Shown here piece by piece: positions 19,124 through 29,407 of a stretch of 64,000 bases of DNA. The notes under the pieces were generated by a model that had not been told where the DNA came from, searched no databases, and worked only from the letters and a program-made list of their open reading frames with translations. Location: NCBI GenBank assembly GCA_965238175.1, contig CBDEGZ010000003.1, forward strand, positions 2,592,001-2,656,000, given 5' to 3'. Position numbers and translations under genes: made by a program. Position 1 is the stretch's first letter. The number at the start of each line of letters is the position of its first letter. Origin of the DNA: Gammaproteobacteria bacterium (lineage in GTDB: Bacteria > Pseudomonadota > Gammaproteobacteria > CAJXQU01).

Positions 19124-22045
19124 TCAGGGAGTTTCTTGTAGTTCGACTATTACGTTATCTCGTGAAACCATCTCTTCATCCATTGAAATAAGATATTCGT
19201 TTTCTCTTGCTTCGGTACTTTCAAGAAACGGTCTGATTTGGAATAATTGTAATCGACCTCCTACAAAACCAAACTCTATATCTACAGGTTTAATATCACC
19301 CTTGTCATCTATAAGATCTGGAAATTTTTCAGGCAAATGTTGATATAATTCGATCAATTTTTTTACTTCTTCTTTTTGTAGAATTGCTTCAGAGCCACTC
19401 ACCAAGATATTTTGGATCCCACCTGATTTTCTTAGCACCTTTTTGAATCGAGTATTACTTTGTGCCATCAATATAACTTCAGATGTTTCAGTATTAACTT
19501 TAATCGACTCAGCCTGTTGACCATCAACGGCACCACCAATACCTTCATTAACTGAGATAGAAAGCCATCCACTTTCTCCAGTATTAATATCTTGTGTCAC
19601 CATAACACCCGATTTTTCTGTAGGCACACTTCGCATTAATAAAATAGCGGGATATACATGCTCAGGTTGTTCCATGTGAGATTGTCGCCAGGCAAAAGCT
19701 CGTTTAGAAAACGGAGATGCCCAAACACGGGAGATCGCCTTAAGAATATTTTCATATCCTACTACATTCGGAACAGTCAAATTCAAACCTGCCCCAGTAA
19801 AACCGGCTAGATCTTCAACGTTAGTATCACTACGAACAAAGACACCATATTGACCATCAGTACCAAAAATATCTTGCATTTCTTGCTTTAATCGAAGTTT
19901 AAAACTTCTACCTGGATTTGCATTTTCGATCCAGTTTACCAGTGCTTCACGAAATTCCTTTTCGGTCTTTTTCCTCTGCGTAGAATTAACTGGCATTTCA
20001 TCCACTAACCGATATTGGTCAACCATCCAATAAAATACGCTTTTCCCTGCACCCGGCATAGGTTGTTGCAACAACTGGCTGAAAATGGAAAACGGAATAG
20101 TTATACCGTTAGCAACGGCATCTGGAAAATGATGATAGAGCTCTCCAAGCTTCGCTGCTTTTGGTCCTACTGTCACACCAGAATCGGTAGCCCTCAATTT
20201 AGAAAGTGGAATAAAATTAATATTTTCAAGTTCAAGCTTTTCCAAATCTGGTTTTATTAAGATTGTAGGTCTAGATGGATTTGATTCGAACAAACTTTCA
20301 TAATTTCCATCATCTAGAAACAATCGAACCGCACCCGCCTGACTGACCGCAAGAATAACTTTCTTATTCTCATAGGGTTTTAATTTTTCGATCAAAGCAT
20401 AATCAATACCGACGTTCGGAATACCCAAATTTCTTGCGAGTAACTGCACATGTGAAAGTGGATTCCCTTCACCAGAAGTTAAGATGCCTGCAACGGGTGG
20501 TAAATCAGCGATCGTCTCTGGCAATAAATAAATACCATCACGATCAAATTTAGAAACGTTACCATTTACATTGCCAAGAAATAGAGTGCCGCGCGCTAAA
20601 CCAGGATTCAAGCTTCGAAGTCCGGTACCTGCTTCTTCACCAAATAAATTAGAACGAACTCCAGCAAGTTGATTGGCATCACGTACTAAAGAATTCAGTA
20701 CATTGGCAAAAAAATGTAGCGGCCCACCACGTAATTGATCTTGTATAAAAAACTCAGCCAAGGGTTCAATCTCTGTTAACTTTTTTAAAGAATCATAAAA
20801 GTGAGCTTGTAAGTTCTGCCCTGCCCAACCAGGAATTCTGGAAAGATAATTCAATGCATTTCTATAACGAACGAGACCTATTTTTTGATCACCAATTTTA
20901 TCCAAGGCATCCAGCATCACATCAAATTGTCTTCTCGAAAGTAAGCCTGTTCCATAAGTCGCTTTCAAACTACTCTTTAGCCAGTCTAATTTTTTTGCAC
21001 GAGATGTATTATCTAAGTCGGCAATCAGTTCTCTACCAAGATCAAAATGTTCGGCCTCTAATAAAATGCTTATATCAAGTACATCAAGTCTGACACCAGC
21101 TTTAGGAACGTCGATCAAATGATCACGTAAAACCATCATCGTGTTTGCGGTCGTAGCAAATAAAACCTCTGGGTCACGACTGCTAATTAATCTTGCAGAC
21201 ATATCACGTAACGAGCGTGACATTTGCGGCATTTTTCGCACACGTTTTGATAACCGCGTGATTGGAATATTTAATGCGGGACGCGCATAAATTTCATCGA
21301 TCAAATCCGCCAGTTGAAAAAATTTTTCAGCCTGTTTATTCTCCAACTTCTCCGCATATTCTCTTACAGATTTTGCATCAGTAGAATCAGGAGAAATATG
21401 AATTTTATTTCTCAGCGGTAAGAATTTTCTATCTGAATTCGACAGGTCAATTGCTATTTGTCGCATTTTCAAAACCGATGGTGTATCTATTCCATGCGGT
21501 AATACATGGATGCCTGTTCGTAATGTCAAATATCCACGCGTTATCCAATCTTTCGATTGAACCAGTGTTTGTAATACCCTTCTGGCACCACGAACTTCAT
21601 CTTCAGCCTGCATTGATCCACGATAAAAACGCGATTTACGATTTATCCATCCATCATCGACCGTGGTAAGATAACGTTCGATAAGTAACTGCTTAAATTG
21701 TTCTGCTCTGTCTGGTTTAGACATCAAACCAGAATCTTCATCAGCTAATAATGTCGCGATATAATAACCTTTACTACGCAGAGTTTTTACTTGCTTACTC
21801 CATTCACCGTGTTGTACACCACCACCATGGTCACTACATGCATATGGTTCAGGTGCTAAAATACTACCATCCTGACAAAACCAGCGGAGTCGAGAAAAAG
21901 GACCTCTATCACGTTCCTTCATTTCGGAAATCCATTGTCGATAAGTTGTATTCGCATTTGCCTCTACCACAAATGAAAACAGCATGGATAACAGATAAGC
22001 AACGATCGTGAAAATCGTATTTTTTTTCATAGCACTTTTGGGCAT
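19124..22045 (-). CDS. Exported PEP-synthase/PPDK-family dikinase-like protein (phospho-His domain plus C-terminal ATP-grasp)
   Basis: Signal peptide; LSHVQLLARNLGIP His domain; GPKAAKL, VRSDTNVEDLAGFTGAG, DIEF and QIRP ATP-binding motifs; no pyruvate/PEP barrel. Confidence 0.8.
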   Translation of the reverse strand: MPKSAMKKNTIFTIVAYLLSMLFSFVVEANANTTYRQWISEMKERDRGPFSRLRWFCQDGSILAPEPYACSDHGGGVQHGEWSKQVKTLRSKGYYIATLLADEDSGLMSKPDRAEQFKQLLIERYLTTVDDGWINRKSRFYRGSMQAEDEVRGARRVLQTLVQSKDWITRGYLTLRTGIHVLPHGIDTPSVLKMRQIAIDLSNSDRKFLPLRNKIHISPDSTDAKSVREYAEKLENKQAEKFFQLADLIDEIYARPALNIPITRLSKRVRKMPQMSRSLRDMSARLISSRDPEVLFATTANTMMVLRDHLIDVPKAGVRLDVLDISILLEAEHFDLGRELIADLDNTSRAKKLDWLKSSLKATYGTGLLSRRQFDVMLDALDKIGDQKIGLVRYRNALNYLSRIPGWAGQNLQAHFYDSLKKLTEIEPLAEFFIQDQLRGGPLHFFANVLNSLVRDANQLAGVRSNLFGEEAGTGLRSLNPGLARGTLFLGNVNGNVSKFDRDGIYLLPETIADLPPVAGILTSGEGNPLSHVQLLARNLGIPNVGIDYALIEKLKPYENKKVILAVSQAGAVRLFLDDGNYESLFESNPSRPTILIKPDLEKLELENINFIPLSKLRATDSGVTVGPKAAKLGELYHHFPDAVANGITIPFSIFSQLLQQPMPGAGKSVFYWMVDQYRLVDEMPVNSTQRKKTEKEFREALVNWIENANPGRSFKLRLKQEMQDIFGTDGQYGVFVRSDTNVEDLAGFTGAGLNLTVPNVVGYENILKAISRVWASPFSKRAFAWRQSHMEQPEHVYPAILLMRSVPTEKSGVMVTQDINTGESGWLSISVNEGIGGAVDGQQAESIKVNTETSEVILMAQSNTRFKKVLRKSGGIQNILVSGSEAILQKEEVKKLIELYQHLPEKFPDLIDDKGDIKPVDIEFGFVGGRLQLFQIRPFLESTEARENEYLISMDEEMVSRDNVIVELQETP

Positions 22046-22147
22046 TTATCGGTATTAAATCTGCTTTCCTTATTTACTGGGAAGCTATTCTAGAGTTTTT
22101 TATAGTGCAAGCAAATATTGAGCCATAGTAATATGCACAGCTTGTGC

Positions 22148-22612
22148 TCAAATCGCGCCAGAAAAACCCAAATCTGCCCAGGCTTTATAAACTACAACCG
22201 CAACTGTATTTGACAAGTTTAAGCTACGACTTTGTTCTTTCATCGGTAAGGTTAAGACATGGGACTCAGCTAATGATTCAAGTATGTGTATCGGCAGGCC
22301 TTTCGTTTCAGATCCAAATAGCAAAACATCACCAGATTTATGATCCACTTCAGTGTAAACTTTTTGCCCTTTGGTAGAGAATGCAAATAGTCGTTTGGGT
22401 GACTCTTTTTCAAGAAAGGCTTCAAAAGTGGCGTGTTGATCAACCTCCGCCCATTCGTGATAATCAAGACCCGCACGACGCAAAGCACGATCTTCCAGTT
22501 GAAAACCTAATGGGTGAATCAAATGCAACTTTGTCCCCGTATTCGCGCAAAGACGTATAATATTACCCGTATTTGGTGGGATTTCTGGCTGATAAAGTAC
22601 AACGTGTATCAT
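22148..22612 (-). CDS. trmL: tRNA (cytidine/uridine(34)-2'-O)-methyltransferase
   Basis: MIHVVLYQPEIPPNTGN, RRAGLDY, FGSETKGL and RSLNLSN motifs; ATG at 22612. Confidence 0.95.
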   Translation of the reverse strand: MIHVVLYQPEIPPNTGNIIRLCANTGTKLHLIHPLGFQLEDRALRRAGLDYHEWAEVDQHATFEAFLEKESPKRLFAFSTKGQKVYTEVDHKSGDVLLFGSETKGLPIHILESLAESHVLTLPMKEQSRSLNLSNTVAVVVYKAWADLGFSGAI

Positions 22613-22634
22613 AATAAGGTAAGTAAGGAATCGA

Positions 22635-23564
22635 ATGAAAAATAATCTGGCAATCAATTTTTGTGGATTAGACTTAGACTCACCCTTGGTGTTGTTATCA
22701 GGCTGTGTCGGTTTTGGAGAAGAGTATACCCGCATTGAAGGGTTTTCCAACAAAGATGTCGGTGCTATTTGTTTAAAAGGAACAACATTAGAACCACGTT
22801 TAGGCAACCATCCTCACCGGATTATCGAAACACCTGCCGGAATGATTAATGCGATCGGCCTACAAAACCCTGGCACAAAAACAGTTATAGATAACATTCT
22901 CCCCAAACTTGATTTTAATGAAACCCGCTTCATTGCCAACGTTTCCGGTTCAACCGTAGAAGAATATGAAGAAGTCACAAGATTGTTTGATAATTCTCCG
23001 ATTGATGCCATAGAGATCAATATTTCCTGTCCGAATGTAAAAGAAGGCGGCGTTGCCTTTGGAAATAACCCGGACATGTCCGCACGTGTTGTTGAGGCCT
23101 GTCGCCGTGCGACAGATAAACCATTGATCACAAAGTTGTCTCCTAACCAGACCGATATCGCCGAAAATGCCCGTCGTTGTATCGAAGCAGGAACTGATGG
23201 TTTTGCGGTGATCAATACCTTAATGGGAATGGTTGTTGATATTGAATCGAGAAAACCCATCATTGGTAATAACCAGGGTGGATTATCTGGCCCTGCTATT
23301 AAGCCAGTCGCTCTCCTCAAGGTTTACCAGGTTCATCAAGTTGCCAAGAACCATAATATCCCAATTATTGGACAAGGTGGGGTTTGTACAACAGAAGATG
23401 CTATTGAATTTTTGATTGCCGGCGCATCAACCGTTGGGGTTGGTACTGCACTTTTTTATGATCCTCTGGTTTGTAAAAAGATCAGTGTTGGAATTTCTTC
23501 TTACCTTGAAAAACACAAGCTTTCTAATTTGTCCGACCTTATTGGAACACTCCAACTTAACTAA
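22635..23564 (+). CDS. pyrD: Dihydroorotate dehydrogenase, family 1 (soluble)
   Basis: NAIGLQNPG, EINISCPN (catalytic Cys), KLSPN and GGLSGPAIKP motifs. Confidence 0.92.
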   Translation: MKNNLAINFCGLDLDSPLVLLSGCVGFGEEYTRIEGFSNKDVGAICLKGTTLEPRLGNHPHRIIETPAGMINAIGLQNPGTKTVIDNILPKLDFNETRFIANVSGSTVEEYEEVTRLFDNSPIDAIEINISCPNVKEGGVAFGNNPDMSARVVEACRRATDKPLITKLSPNQTDIAENARRCIEAGTDGFAVINTLMGMVVDIESRKPIIGNNQGGLSGPAIKPVALLKVYQVHQVAKNHNIPIIGQGGVCTTEDAIEFLIAGASTVGVGTALFYDPLVCKKISVGISSYLEKHKLSNLSDLIGTLQLN

Positions 23565-23656
23565 AGCTTTTGTCCGTCAGGACGATAATCTCTGATATTA
23601 GGCTATTAGTATTTTAAAGATGTTAAGCGTCACACACTCTAAAAAATTCAAAAAAT

Positions 23657-23669
23657 GACCGTCTGTCGG
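23657..23669 (+). promoter_or_regulatory. Possible AlgR/LytTR-type site upstream of the minor pilin operon
   Basis: GACCGTCTGTCGG resembles the P. aeruginosa AlgR site ACCGTTCGTC. Confidence 0.3.
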
Positions 23670-23734
23670 CCCATTTTTACCACTCATACCCTCAAAGCTT
23701 GTATATCAATCATTCTGAATCTAAATTTGTCCTT

Positions 23735-24253
23735 ATGGAAAAAAATACTCAATCCAATTCAGGCTTTTCACTGATAGAGCTGATTGTCACAGTAGCCATG
23801 GCCGGTATTCTGATGGCAGTTGCCATCCCAAGTATGCGCGATCTGATGGTCAGCAATCGAGTAGCGGGTTACGCCAATGAATTTCTGAGCGGATTACACC
23901 TTGCGAGAAGCGAAGCTGTTAAACGAGGCTCGCGCGTCACGATGTGCCGCAGTTCGAATGGCACTAGTTGTGCGGGCACAGGAAATTGGCAAGTCGGTTG
24001 GGTCATTTTTGAAGATGATAATAACGATGGATCATTTACTGCGGGAGATGTAATACAGGTACGTGAAGCGTTGGCTAATTCCATTTCTCTGACAGGTAGG
24101 GGTCAAACAGGATCATACGTGTCTTTTATACAAAATGGATCAGCTCAAACAACAGCTGGTGCGGCTCAAAGAGGGACTCTCGACCTAACCCTAGAGAGTA
24201 CATCACGAACTATCACTCTCGCCAGTGTCGGCCGTGTAAGTGTGTCTCAATAG
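23735..24253 (+). CDS. fimT: GspH/FimT family minor pilin
   Basis: G/FSLIEL prepilin site, ARSEAVKRG and WQVGW motifs; ATG at 23735. Confidence 0.88.
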   Translation: MEKNTQSNSGFSLIELIVTVAMAGILMAVAIPSMRDLMVSNRVAGYANEFLSGLHLARSEAVKRGSRVTMCRSSNGTSCAGTGNWQVGWVIFEDDNNDGSFTAGDVIQVREALANSISLTGRGQTGSYVSFIQNGSAQTTAGAAQRGTLDLTLESTSRTITLASVGRVSVSQ

Positions 24254-24274
24254 ATGATTCAGGATTAAAAACAC

Positions 24275-24817
24275 ATGTCTAAATCACAACTAGGAATTAC
24301 CTTACTTGAGTCACTTGTTGCTCTATTAGTTTTATCAATTGGCTTGTTAGGAACAGCGCACCTAATGGCAACAGGGATCCAATACTCAAATAGTTCTTTT
24401 GCAAGGACGCAGGCGACCCTTATTGCAGAAAATATTGCCGAAAGAATGCGTGCAAATCCAAATGCAATAGCGGCAATGAACTACAATAATTTCGACTCAA
24501 ATACTATCGCAGATTGTACAACACCTCCTGCAGCCTATTGCCAGCAAAGAGGCACAACAGCACCCGCTAGTTGTACCGCATCACAACTAGCCACCTTTGA
24601 CACTTTTCAAGCTGTCTGTGGCAGTGGCGGATCAACTAAAGGAAACAATGGCGTAAGGGATCTTTTACTCGGCGGCCAACTGACTATCAACTGCGATGGT
24701 GCTCCCTGTACAGCGACATCGACTTATACCATTCGAGTGGGTTGGAACGAAACCGAATTAGTAAATAATACCGATACCACCAATACCAAAATGGTTCAAC
24801 ATGTGATTCTTCCATGA
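24275..24817 (+). CDS. pilV: Type IV pilus modification protein
   Basis: G/ITLLE, IGLLG, RTQA...ERMRAN. Confidence 0.9.
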   Translation: MSKSQLGITLLESLVALLVLSIGLLGTAHLMATGIQYSNSSFARTQATLIAENIAERMRANPNAIAAMNYNNFDSNTIADCTTPPAAYCQQRGTTAPASCTASQLATFDTFQAVCGSGGSTKGNNGVRDLLLGGQLTINCDGAPCTATSTYTIRVGWNETELVNNTDTTNTKMVQHVILP

Positions 24818-24850
24818 GTCTCCATTTCTGATCAAAATAAGGAAAACACT

Positions 24851-25576
24851 ATGCAATTCCCCAAGCAAAAATCTATAAAGGGACAAAAAGGCTTCTCTTT
24901 GATTGAAATGATGGTCGCCATGTTAATTGGTTTATTTCTATTGGGTGGCGTTGTTAGTGTTTATATCAGCAGTTCGCAGTCCTCAAGAGTTAACAACGGT
25001 TTAAGAACAATGCAGGAAAATGGTCGTTATGCGCTGACTTTGTTAAGAAACTCAATACAAATAAGTGGTTATATTTCAGATTATGATCCCTCAGCAGTAA
25101 TCGATCCATTTCCAGCAGCCAGCAATACTAGTATTACCGTGAGTTATGAAGCCGATACTGATTGTACCGGCGCGAATACAACAACATATGCAGCACCAAA
25201 TACTGGGATAGTGCGAGATTCCTTTCAAGTAAATACTGATAACGAACTTACCTGTATCCCACGACAAACTAACAGCCCTCAAATTCTGATCGAAGGTGTT
25301 GATGCAATGCGTATTCTCTACGGGCTAGATGATGATAATGATGGCACAGCCGATCGCTACGTTAGTGCAAATGTTGTAAATGCTGTAGGCCCTACAGCAT
25401 GGCAAAACAATGTGAGTAGTGTTCGTATTGCTTTGCTTATGAATTCGGTCACCAATATCAAACCTACAGCAGATACAAAAACCTATACCTTGTTGGATAC
25501 AACGACAACCCTCACCGATCGAATGCTACACAAGGTGTTCACAACAACTATTTTGATCCGTAACCGAATAACATAG
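24851..25576 (+). CDS. pilW: Type IV minor pilin
   Basis: G/FSLIE, QENGRYA, YGLDDDNDG...VRIALL. Confidence 0.9.
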   Translation: MQFPKQKSIKGQKGFSLIEMMVAMLIGLFLLGGVVSVYISSSQSSRVNNGLRTMQENGRYALTLLRNSIQISGYISDYDPSAVIDPFPAASNTSITVSYEADTDCTGANTTTYAAPNTGIVRDSFQVNTDNELTCIPRQTNSPQILIEGVDAMRILYGLDDDNDGTADRYVSANVVNAVGPTAWQNNVSSVRIALLMNSVTNIKPTADTKTYTLLDTTTTLTDRMLHKVFTTTILIRNRIT

Positions 25577-25579
25577 GCA

Positions 25580-26140
25580 ATGGGCATGGAGCATACAACT
25601 ATGAATTTTACGGCACCTGAAAAACAGCAAGGTATTGCTTTAGCTGTTAGCTTAATCTTTCTCGTTTTAATCACCATCATTGGCGTTTCATCCATACGCG
25701 GCACCACGATGAATGAACTGATGTCAGCAAACGCGCAACAAAAAAGTGCTACTTTTCAAATCGCAGAATCGGTGATTGAGGGCGTCTGGGATACCGGCTA
25801 TGTCCTGAGAAATACACCGTCACAGATAACCAACTCACCCGCAGTAAACCTGACGGTGGATAAAAATAATTTCGATTTCAATACCAGCTTTGATGTTCCC
25901 GCCCATGGTGGCTTAGCAGCAATTAACGTCAATGCTCAAGCAACACTTCAATATTGTGGGGAAGATTTCAAACTTCTTGGTTATTCACAAAGTGCCGATG
26001 AATCAACACCCGCCTTTGTGGCACATGTTTATAGTATTCACGGCGTTGGTGAGATTGCAGCAGCAAATGCATTTTCCGATCATGATCAACGTGGATATTT
26101 AATCCGTCCTGAAACCGGACGCACTGGCAACTGCCCATAA
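25580..26140 (+). CDS. pilX: Type IV minor pilin
   Basis: QQG/IALAVSL lacking Glu5; E-x-MS-x-N...FQ-x-AES. Confidence 0.88.
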   Translation: MGMEHTTMNFTAPEKQQGIALAVSLIFLVLITIIGVSSIRGTTMNELMSANAQQKSATFQIAESVIEGVWDTGYVLRNTPSQITNSPAVNLTVDKNNFDFNTSFDVPAHGGLAAINVNAQATLQYCGEDFKLLGYSQSADESTPAFVAHVYSIHGVGEIAAANAFSDHDQRGYLIRPETGRTGNCP

Positions 26141-26217
26141 TTTCACCCTTAATTTCATATGAACACTGAAGACACACAGCTTGAATATGGATACTCAAAT
26201 AGCTACTTGGAATACAA

Positions 26218-29200
26218 ATGAACTCTAGGAATTTAATCATGATAAATCTAATATCAAAAGTAAAACCATTAGCAGCAGCGACTTTTGCAGTTTTGATCTT
26301 GTCGTTCTCTCTTTATTTGCCACAAGTGAAGGCAGACGACACGGAAGTGTTTCTTTCTTCCGGCAGTGCGGCAAATGTGCTGTTTATTTTTGATCTATCT
26401 GGAAGTATGGATGAAGACACAAGTGAGCGCTGCTCAAATAATAATATTACCCCAAGCGGTGGTTATAACGGTGGAGGCTACGGTACTTGCAATGGGACGA
26501 AACGTCGTTATCAAGCGATGATGGATGCGTTAGTGACCGTTTTAAGCAACCTAAAGGATCGACCCAACTTACGTGTTGGTTTGAGTCTATTTGGAATGAA
26601 ACGTGGAAGCCGAAATACTAACGCTTCTGGTATTCGTTGGCCAATAAGACAGATCACAGAAGATGCAAATTTAACGGACTCTAATATCCCTACCGGCACT
26701 TATCAAACCCATGGTGTCATACTTCAACACCTTGCTAACATGAGCGACAGCAATGGCATACTCTATAATGGTTATAGTTGGAATGGTAGCAATTATGTTA
26801 CAACTCCAGGAGAGCTAGCAGGTGCAGGTACTTCGATTGTCGCTGCCCTATATGAAGCAGCGTTGTATTTTAAGGGTGATAGAGTAACTTCAGGGTTTGG
26901 TGCTTTTCAACCTCCAACATGGAATGTAAACCGTTCACGCTTCCAATATGACTCTGGGTACTTGACCTATAACTCTTCTTGTCTTTGCTGGATTCTTACA
27001 GCGAGTAATGGCACGTCTTTTTCAGCACATCGATCAACCTATACACCCGCCACTGCCTGGAATCCAAGCTTCAATACATTTGATCCTAATGCGACTTATC
27101 AAAGCCCGATCGTTGATAGTTGTGATAAAAATTATATCGTTCTGTTGTCTGATGGTGCACCGAATGGAGATGCCGCTATATCACAAATACAAGCAATGAT
27201 TGGTAGAACCTGCCAAGATAATGTCGGCAGATGTGGCCGTGAAATCGTAGAATATCTTGCAAATACCAATCTGAGATCAGCCCAGGGAATAACTCCGAGT
27301 AATGTAGTAACGCATACTATTGGTTTTAACATAGACGGTGATGCACAAACCTTTATGCAAGATTTAGCTACAAATGGCGGCGGTAGTTTCTACTCAGCAA
27401 ATAATACCCGCTCATTAGTAGACAGTTTAACGCTAATTTTAGATGTCATCGATAGTGAGAATGATACATTTACCGGTCTTTCGAGTTCTGTCAATGCAGG
27501 TGAGTTAGCTTCAGACAACCGTGTTTTCACAAGTATCTTCAAACCTTCTGAAAAACGCTCTTGGATCGGGAATACCAAGGGTTACTTTATTGATGGCACA
27601 AATGGACTCGTTGACGTGAATGGAGCAGTTGCTACTATCACAGACTCAACAGCTGAAGAGTACGGCAAATTCAAAGAAAATGCACAAAGCTTTTGGTCTA
27701 CAACAGCTGATGGCGGGAATGTTGACGTTGGTGGTCTGGCTGGAAAACTAAGGACGGGCAACCGAAACGTCTATACGACTGCACCTGGCGGAACAACACT
27801 TGTCGATATAGCACATAACAGCATTACTTTTGATCAGTTTAATCTGACAAATACCAATCAGAGGACAACTTTACTTAATTGGTTAGACAACGAAGCTCCA
27901 ATGGGCGATCCATTGCATGCAGCTTCAGTTATGATTCCTTATAGTAGTGGCCAGGACGTTCTCTTCACAATGACAAATCAGGGCGTATTACACATTTTTG
28001 ATGTAAGCAATCCAACCCAATATGGTGATACATCCGGTGGTACAGAACTTTCAGCTTTTATACCTCAATCTCTATTACCTAATCTTGAAAGACATAGGTT
28101 AAATATCGATGACAGCAATCATTTATATGGTCTTGATGGATCTATTTCCTACTTGAAAGAAAACGGAAGAACCTATCTTTACTTTGGAATGCGTCGAGGT
28201 GGCAATCAATACTTCGCACTGGATGTTACCAATCCTTCAGCACCAAAATTCCTCTGGCAGATCGATGGTGGCGCTGGAAGCTTTAGTTCACTTGGGCAAA
28301 CATGGTCTCGGCCTATAGTAACCTCAATTCACTGGGCTGGCGCTTCTAACCGAAAAGTTCTCATCTTCGGCGGAGGCTACAATGTGGCACAAGACGGTTA
28401 CACAACAAGAACTCAAGACACAGTTGGTAATGCTGTTTATATTGTCGATGCTAAAACGGGAGAGAAACTCTGGTCAGTAGGATCAGACGCTTCAAACTCT
28501 GCTGTTGTACCACAAATGGCCTACAGTATCCCTTCTGATCTAACCATCATTGATGCGGATGATGATCAACATGCTGATCGCATATACTTCGGTGATATGG
28601 GAGGGCAGATCTGGCGGATTGATCTTACAACAACTAGTTCTTTGACTAGTTTAAGCACATATCGTTTAGCTGATTTAGCCGCCGGTTCAGAAACTAACCC
28701 GGCCGATTTACGTCGCTTTTATAGTCCACCTAGTGTTGCTCTGATTAATGATTCTGGGTCTTTTCATTATGCAGTTGCCATTGGTTCAGGTTACCGTGCC
28801 CATCCTAAGGCTACTGGTGTAAATGATCGCTTTTACATGTTGAAAGATACCATTCTTGATTCAAATGGTAGTGGACCCAACAGCTGGAGAATGCTCACTG
28901 AATCTAACCTTTACAATACAACGAGTAACATTATTGGAGAAGGCGACTCTGCAGATAAGACCCGAGCCTTAGACATTTTGAGTAGTAAAAAAGGTTGGTA
29001 TTTAGAATTAGCCAGCACGGGCGAAAAAGCATTATCCCCTTCCTTGATTTTTAATAATCAATTGGTTTTCACGACCTATGTTCCATCAACTTCAGGCCTG
29101 AGCTGTGATGTCGCTGCAGGTAATGGCAGGTTGTACCTAGTTAATCTCACAGATGCTACACCTGTTAAAGATTTTGTACCATCAGTAACAGCGCCTGGTG

Positions 29201-29376
29201 GAAGTACCCTTACAGCTCAAGATCGGAGCATCGGTACACCTGGGGTGGGTATACCGGGAGCACCTGTCCCTTATTTCCCACCTGGTAAAGGTGAATTGAA
29301 TATATATGTAGGCACTGAAAATATCACAAATATGGATAATCCAATAACAAGGATAAATTGGAAAGTCATAGAGTAA
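26218..29376 (+). CDS. pilY1: Type IV pilus tip adhesin (vWA domain plus beta-propeller)
   Basis: Signal peptide, ADDTEVF, MIDAS-like DLSGS and LSDG, GMRRGG, GQTWS, DADDDQHAD Ca-loop, GDMGG. Confidence 0.92.
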   Translation: MNSRNLIMINLISKVKPLAAATFAVLILSFSLYLPQVKADDTEVFLSSGSAANVLFIFDLSGSMDEDTSERCSNNNITPSGGYNGGGYGTCNGTKRRYQAMMDALVTVLSNLKDRPNLRVGLSLFGMKRGSRNTNASGIRWPIRQITEDANLTDSNIPTGTYQTHGVILQHLANMSDSNGILYNGYSWNGSNYVTTPGELAGAGTSIVAALYEAALYFKGDRVTSGFGAFQPPTWNVNRSRFQYDSGYLTYNSSCLCWILTASNGTSFSAHRSTYTPATAWNPSFNTFDPNATYQSPIVDSCDKNYIVLLSDGAPNGDAAISQIQAMIGRTCQDNVGRCGREIVEYLANTNLRSAQGITPSNVVTHTIGFNIDGDAQTFMQDLATNGGGSFYSANNTRSLVDSLTLILDVIDSENDTFTGLSSSVNAGELASDNRVFTSIFKPSEKRSWIGNTKGYFIDGTNGLVDVNGAVATITDSTAEEYGKFKENAQSFWSTTADGGNVDVGGLAGKLRTGNRNVYTTAPGGTTLVDIAHNSITFDQFNLTNTNQRTTLLNWLDNEAPMGDPLHAASVMIPYSSGQDVLFTMTNQGVLHIFDVSNPTQYGDTSGGTELSAFIPQSLLPNLERHRLNIDDSNHLYGLDGSISYLKENGRTYLYFGMRRGGNQYFALDVTNPSAPKFLWQIDGGAGSFSSLGQTWSRPIVTSIHWAGASNRKVLIFGGGYNVAQDGYTTRTQDTVGNAVYIVDAKTGEKLWSVGSDASNSAVVPQMAYSIPSDLTIIDADDDQHADRIYFGDMGGQIWRIDLTTTSSLTSLSTYRLADLAAGSETNPADLRRFYSPPSVALINDSGSFHYAVAIGSGYRAHPKATGVNDRFYMLKDTILDSNGSGPNSWRMLTESNLYNTTSNIIGEGDSADKTRALDILSSKKGWYLELASTGEKALSPSLIFNNQLVFTTYVPSTSGLSCDVAAGNGRLYLVNLTDATPVKDFVPSVTAPGGSTLTAQDRSIGTPGVGIPGAPVPYFPPGKGELNIYVGTENITNMDNPITRINWKVIE

Positions 29377-29407
29377 ATAGTTTAGTCAACGAAACAGACT
29401 CTAAATA

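Noticed and set aside
19124-22045. Annotation as PEP synthase (ppsA) or rifampin phosphotransferase
   Set aside because: No pyruvate-binding barrel, the domain order fits neither enzyme, and a signal peptide is present.
22613-22807. 65-aa N-terminal extension of TrmL in the ORF track
   Set aside because: It overlaps pyrD on the opposite strand; the family N-terminus begins at ATG 22612.
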